64,000 nucleotides of DNA from an uncultured virus (IMG/VR IMGVR_UViG_3300037088_000888) (taxonomy: Duplodnaviria > Heunggongvirae > Uroviricota > Caudoviricetes): the IMG/VR virus record IMGVR_UViG_3300037088_000888; one strand, given 5' to 3'. Of this stretch, positions 59,979-64,000 are shown one piece after another. The notes below the pieces were generated by a model, which saw only the letters and a program-made list of their open reading frames with translations, did not search any database and was not told the origin of the DNA. A program made the translations under genes and the position numbers. Positions within the stretch are counted from its first letter, which is position 1. Every line of letters begins with the position of its first letter.

Positions 59979-60800
59979 TTAATTTATTTCATTAAAACTA
60001 TTTTGTACGTCAATTTTAGATTTTTGTGGTAAATCATCGAAATCAGCAACAAATGTACCATCTGGTAATTCATTAATGCCTTTTTCATGCTCTTTTTCTC
60101 TCTGTTCAGTAAACCAATTGCCATTCCAGAAATCATTTAAATTAAAATAATAAGGATAACTTACGTTTTTCTTGCTCATAAGTTTCTCAGTATTTGTAGG
60201 TTCACGAACTTCTTCAACTTCAGCACTAAGTGTTTTTGACTGTGCATTTAAAGCCTGAACAGTTGCATTAAGACTTTCTAATTGGTCATGAATGCTTTTC
60301 ATGGCTTCAATATTATGTTTAATAATATCGTTTTGCATTCTATTTACTTCTTGTGACGGGTCAGGAGCACCCATAGGGTCTGAAGCCTGAGGACCGCCAA
60401 TCATATCACCCATTGGGTTTACTGGTTCGCCACCTTCTGGGGGTGGTGGTAATTGACTATCTCCACCAGTTTTATCAAATGCTGGTACAGGAGCATCTAC
60501 TGGAGCACCTGCCTGTGGAGCATCAGTATTTTGTGGTTGATCATTCGAAGGCGCAGGAGGTTCTTGTCCTTCTGGTTTAGGAGCATCTTCTTGATCACCA
60601 GCTTCATTGGTTAATCCCTGACTTGTAGGAACTGGTTGACCGTCCTTCGTAGCATATATACTATCTGGAACAGCATCAAATTCCTCATTATCATTTACCA
60701 GTGGACGATATTTAGGAGTTTCGTTGATTTTATAACCAACACGATATTTAATCTTTCTTAGATGTTCCGCTAAAAGGTTATCTTTTTTTTCATTTTTCAT
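59979..60800 (-). CDS. Pro/acidic-rich protein with coiled coil, possible head scaffold/internal protein
   Basis: Pro-rich centre, heptad-like segment, SYPY motif. Confidence 0.5.
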   Translation of the reverse strand: MKNEKKDNLLAEHLRKIKYRVGYKINETPKYRPLVNDNEEFDAVPDSIYATKDGQPVPTSQGLTNEAGDQEDAPKPEGQEPPAPSNDQPQNTDAPQAGAPVDAPVPAFDKTGGDSQLPPPPEGGEPVNPMGDMIGGPQASDPMGAPDPSQEVNRMQNDIIKHNIEAMKSIHDQLESLNATVQALNAQSKTLSAEVEEVREPTNTEKLMSKKNVSYPYYFNLNDFWNGNWFTEQREKEHEKGINELPDGTFVADFDDLPQKSKIDVQNSFNEIN

Positions 60801-60812
60801 TGTCGAATATTA

Positions 60813-61007
60813 TTAATATATTTCACGAAGTAGCTGTTTTCCCTCTTTAGTTACAAATACTTTATCAATGCGTTCGACAATGAGACCGTCTCTTTCATCA
60901 AGAACAATCTTTTTTACGTTGTCATTTTTTGATTTTTCAGCTAATTCTTCTTCAGTCTTAGGAGTTTCGACAAAATCGTCAAGTGCTTTTTTAAGTTTAT
61001 CTTTCAT
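60813..61007 (-). CDS. Small hypothetical protein
   Basis: 64-aa ORF directly downstream of GTATTTATA. Confidence 0.55.
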   Translation of the reverse strand: MKDKLKKALDDFVETPKTEEELAEKSKNDNVKKIVLDERDGLIVERIDKVFVTKEGKQLLREIY

Positions 61008-61045
61008 AGTATTATAATTTATTTTATATAAATACTACGTTATAT

Positions 61046-61684
61046 TCAAATTGACAATATAACTATTAGATATCTTTTAAGGTGAGAAAAATCTGGAAGT
61101 ATTTTATAATATGATAGATATATGCTACCATCTAAATCATTCTGATATTTTTTTGTTCTTTCTTGTATTCTTGCAAGAATTTCTAAGGTATTAAATTTAA
61201 AATTTTTATACATCAGCAAATCGATGCCAGTGATCTTATTACCCGCCAATAAATAAATCATTTCATTTTTAAAATTATATAAAAAATCAATTTCTTTTGG
61301 GAGAACATCCATTAATCCTTCAATATCAGTTATTTGAAAAAATAATGGGTCTAAGTTTATAAAATTATATTTTGGTTGAAAATAAAATTGTGGTACTAAG
61401 CTAACAAATTTTTTAATGCCTTTTACATGTGATGGTTCACTTTCTTCAAAACTACATTCCCAATATAACTCATTTGCAATTATCTTTTTATGAAGAATAT
61501 TAGCATTTTGAATAATCTCATTAAAGGGATTGCAGGATTTCATGAACGACCATCCCACATATAATGTAGGTAGTGTTTTATCTACTTTATTATATTCGGT
61601 AGATGAATTGAAATAATTAACATAATCAACTTTTGTGTGATTTATCAATTCTTTTTCATAAATAATGTTAGCAAGTTTTATCAT
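61046..61684 (-). CDS. Hypothetical protein
   Basis: 212-aa ORF overlapping the end of hldD. Confidence 0.55.
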   Translation of the reverse strand: MIKLANIIYEKELINHTKVDYVNYFNSSTEYNKVDKTLPTLYVGWSFMKSCNPFNEIIQNANILHKKIIANELYWECSFEESEPSHVKGIKKFVSLVPQFYFQPKYNFINLDPLFFQITDIEGLMDVLPKEIDFLYNFKNEMIYLLAGNKITGIDLLMYKNFKFNTLEILARIQERTKKYQNDLDGSIYLSYYKILPDFSHLKRYLIVILSI

Positions 61685-62576
61685 TTAATTTATTTATATA
61701 TTTCGAAATACCATCTTCTAACTCACTAAAAGGTTTTTTATAACCAGTCATCCTCAACTTATTAATCTTAGCTTCAGTAAAATATTGATATTTATCTCTG
61801 ATTAAAATCGGAGTGTCAATATAATCAATTAAAAGCGGAATATCAAGACTTTTAAAAACTGCGCTGCCAAGATCATTAAATGTACGTGCTTTTCCAGTAC
61901 CTACATTATAAATACCTGAAAGTGGTTTTTTATCGTATAAAAATAAACAAACATCAACTATATCATCAATATAAATGAAATCTCTTTTTTGTTCACCGTT
62001 TTCATAATCTGGACGATGTGATTTGAATAATTTAACTTTTTTTGATTCGTCAATCTGATTGAACATGTGAAAAGCAACTGATGCCATTTTACCTTTCTGT
62101 GCTTCTCCATACCCGTATACATTGAAAAACTTCAGACCATACCAGTTTGGTGGTTGTTGCTCTTGAATTTCTGCCCATATATCAAATTGTTGTTTTGACC
62201 AGCCATATGGATTTAATGGTTTAAGATTAATAATATCCTTCTCATCATCAAATCCTTCTTTACCATCACCATATGTTGCTGCAGAACTTGCATAAATCAA
62301 TGGTATACCCCAATCTGAACATAAATTCCAGATAAAAATTGAAGATTCAACATTATATTCATCGAATAAACTCTTATTCATTTCAGTAGTATCGGTAATT
62401 GCTCCAAGGTGAAATATACAATCAATTTGATCAGCATAGGTTAAAAGCCAAGAATAAATAAAACCAAGATTTTCGGTTTTTGTATCAAGACTTACAACAC
62501 CAATATTGCCCTGTCTTTCCAACTCTTTAACAAGATTTTTGCCAATAAATCCTTCACCACCTGTTACTACTATCAT
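61668..62576 (-). CDS. hldD: ADP-L-glycero-D-manno-heptose 6-epimerase
   Basis: VTGGEGFIG, HLGAITDTTE, YASSAATYG, PLNPYGWSK, FFNVYG, KGKMAS, YQYFTEA. Confidence 0.88.
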   Translation of the reverse strand: MIVVTGGEGFIGKNLVKELERQGNIGVVSLDTKTENLGFIYSWLLTYADQIDCIFHLGAITDTTEMNKSLFDEYNVESSIFIWNLCSDWGIPLIYASSAATYGDGKEGFDDEKDIINLKPLNPYGWSKQQFDIWAEIQEQQPPNWYGLKFFNVYGYGEAQKGKMASVAFHMFNQIDESKKVKLFKSHRPDYENGEQKRDFIYIDDIVDVCLFLYDKKPLSGIYNVGTGKARTFNDLGSAVFKSLDIPLLIDYIDTPILIRDKYQYFTEAKINKLRMTGYKKPFSELEDGISKYINKLNDKTC

Positions 62577-63007
62577 GAATTTTTAATTTTTTCAATAATA
62601 TTTGTTGTTGACCTCTCGTCTACTTTATAATAGATTACACCATATTTCGAATTCTCATGTCCAATTACTTCTTTATCTTGATATTGATTACCAACAATCA
62701 TATAATCAATACTCAATTCTTTAACTAATTGTCGCAGTTCATCATCTGTATTAAATATAAATACTTCATCAACCATTCTCAAATTACGCATTATTGTTAA
62801 ACGTGTGTCAATGTCATTTATTGGTCGTTTATCTCCTTTTAAATTTTTAACTCTTTCATCACTATCAAGTCCAACAAATAAAGTGTTGTGAACAATAAGT
62901 GGTGTATAAAATATTTCAAAATCTGGATTAAACATCTTTGCATAATTCAATAACTCAATATGCCCTGTATGTAAGATGTCAAAACAACCATTAGTCCAAA
63001 TATTCAT
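62573..63007 (-). CDS. Heptose-1-phosphate nucleotidyltransferase (HldE domain II / HldC-like)
   Basis: TNGCFDILHTGH, VGLDSD..V..LKG..RPIN, STT.II. Confidence 0.85.
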   Translation of the reverse strand: MNIWTNGCFDILHTGHIELLNYAKMFNPDFEIFYTPLIVHNTLFVGLDSDERVKNLKGDKRPINDIDTRLTIMRNLRMVDEVFIFNTDDELRQLVKELSIDYMIVGNQYQDKEVIGHENSKYGVIYYKVDERSTTNIIEKIKNS

Positions 63008-63294
63008 AATTCATTAATTTTAAACGCTTTATCATCGATAATTCTATCATATGCAGGTTTGCTACTCATATCTAGTTTATGATGCAAACATCCCCAATCT
63101 CTCAGTTGTTTACGAGTTAAAATTGACCAATTTTTACGTGTAACTCTGCCACGAGCAGTCCAATAAACAATCGTATTGCCTTCATTATAAAGTCGATTTA
63201 TTTTATCAATATTTTCTTGAATCGGTTTGGAATTCTTATAATCACTATCAATAGTTGTACAAATTGTGTTATCAATATCTACGTAAATTAACAT
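63004..63294 (-). CDS. Small HAD-family phosphatase
   Basis: VDIDNTI, WTARG, KP..D..IDDK. Confidence 0.75.
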   Translation of the reverse strand: MLIYVDIDNTICTTIDSDYKNSKPIQENIDKINRLYNEGNTIVYWTARGRVTRKNWSILTRKQLRDWGCLHHKLDMSSKPAYDRIIDDKAFKINEL

Positions 63295-63665
63295 TGACTA
63301 TCTCCTTTCTCTATTCTATAACTATCATTATCATTATGTGGTGTGCTTACTTCAAATATTTCACTTTCTTCAAGTGCTTCCAGTTGATGTGGAGTATTGC
63401 GTTCAATATGAATAATATCTCCTTCTACAAGACTAATATGCTGTCTTGCAGCAGTTCTTGTATCAATTGTGGTTAAGTTAAAAATACCTTTATTAACATA
63501 AAATGATTCCGTCTTTAAAGAATGAAAATGTAGGCTGAACATACCACCTTTTCTAAAACGCAATAATTTTCCACAATAATCTTCTCCATTGTGAATAATA
63601 ACTTCTTCGCCCCATGCTTTCGGTACGTGTATTTTTTTATTTGTTACATGTGTAATTTCTATCAT
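63288..63665 (-). CDS. Cupin (sugar isomerase-like)
   Basis: PKAWGEE, SLHFH..K.E, PHQL, EVST; start more likely at MIEIT (63665). Confidence 0.75.
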   Translation of the reverse strand: MIEITHVTNKKIHVPKAWGEEVIIHNGEDYCGKLLRFRKGGMFSLHFHSLKTESFYVNKGIFNLTTIDTRTAARQHISLVEGDIIHIERNTPHQLEALEESEIFEVSTPHNDNDSYRIEKGDSQC

Positions 63666-63666
63666 A

Positions 63667-64000
63667 TTATTTAATTTTATATCTATCAACCACTGCCACA
63701 CCTTTTTGCGTTACTGCCCAAGCAGCACATTTGTTTGCAAATATAATTGCATCACAAATATCGTTATTTTCTATGAATTTCGCAACAAGTCCTGCAAAAA
63801 AAGTATCACCTGCACCTGTAAGATCACGTACAGGATGTTCATTAACATTTGGATACATCTCAGTTCTACATGCGCCATTATCATTATAATAACGCATCGC
63901 ACCAGCTTCACCTAATGTCACAATAACGTCATTTGGAAAATGAAGTGTTAAATAACCTTCATTTTGATCAAACTCTTTTTTATTTATTTTAATGAATTTT
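63667..64000 (-). CDS. PfkB-family sugar kinase (HldE domain I / HldA-like), 3' part only
   Basis: Frame open to the window end: KFIKINKKE...IVTLGEAGA...DLTGAGDTF. Confidence 0.8.
   Translation of the reverse strand, partial: KFIKINKKEFDQNEGYLTLHFPNDVIVTLGEAGAMRYYNDNGACRTEMYPNVNEHPVRDLTGAGDTFFAGLVAKFIENNDICDAIIFANKCAAWAVTQKGVAVVDRYKIK

Noticed and set aside
63667..63921. 84-aa ORF as a complete gene
   Set aside because: The frame is open to the window end; it is the 3' part of a PfkB kinase

Overview
AT-rich segment of a large (jumbo-type) tailed phage genome, almost entirely coded on the minus strand. A Bacteroidota host is inferred from repeated TAnnTTTG promoter elements and a T9SS sorting domain. 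In window order: (1) ~1-16 kb, multidomain RNA-repair/nucleotide-modifying and anti-defence-like genes (HAD phosphatase, 2H phosphoesterases, CCA-adding enzyme, kinase-like, ADP-ribosyltransferase-like, ArdC-like, NUDIX, WYL-like); (2) PolB and an SNF2 helicase; (3) a visibly more GC-rich block of surface/secreted-type genes (LRR/FN3, beta-helix, LamG, stand-alone T9SS C-terminal domain); (4) two paralogous Cys-rich tail-fibre modules flanking a glycosyltransferase; (5) tRNA-fMet, a lone plus-strand primase/helicase-like gene and a ParB-MTase/nuclease pair; (6) 5'-3' exonuclease, RecA/UvsX and SSB; (7) probable virion/internal proteins; (8) an ADP-heptose biosynthesis cluster. Six free-standing homing-endonuclease-like genes are interspersed. 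Leading hypotheses: late-expressed enzyme polyproteins with [ILV]-x-E sites at domain junctions that are packaged and protease-processed, a T9SS decoy/adaptor, and phage-encoded heptosylation of fibres. All product calls come from motifs read by eye; no database searches were run.
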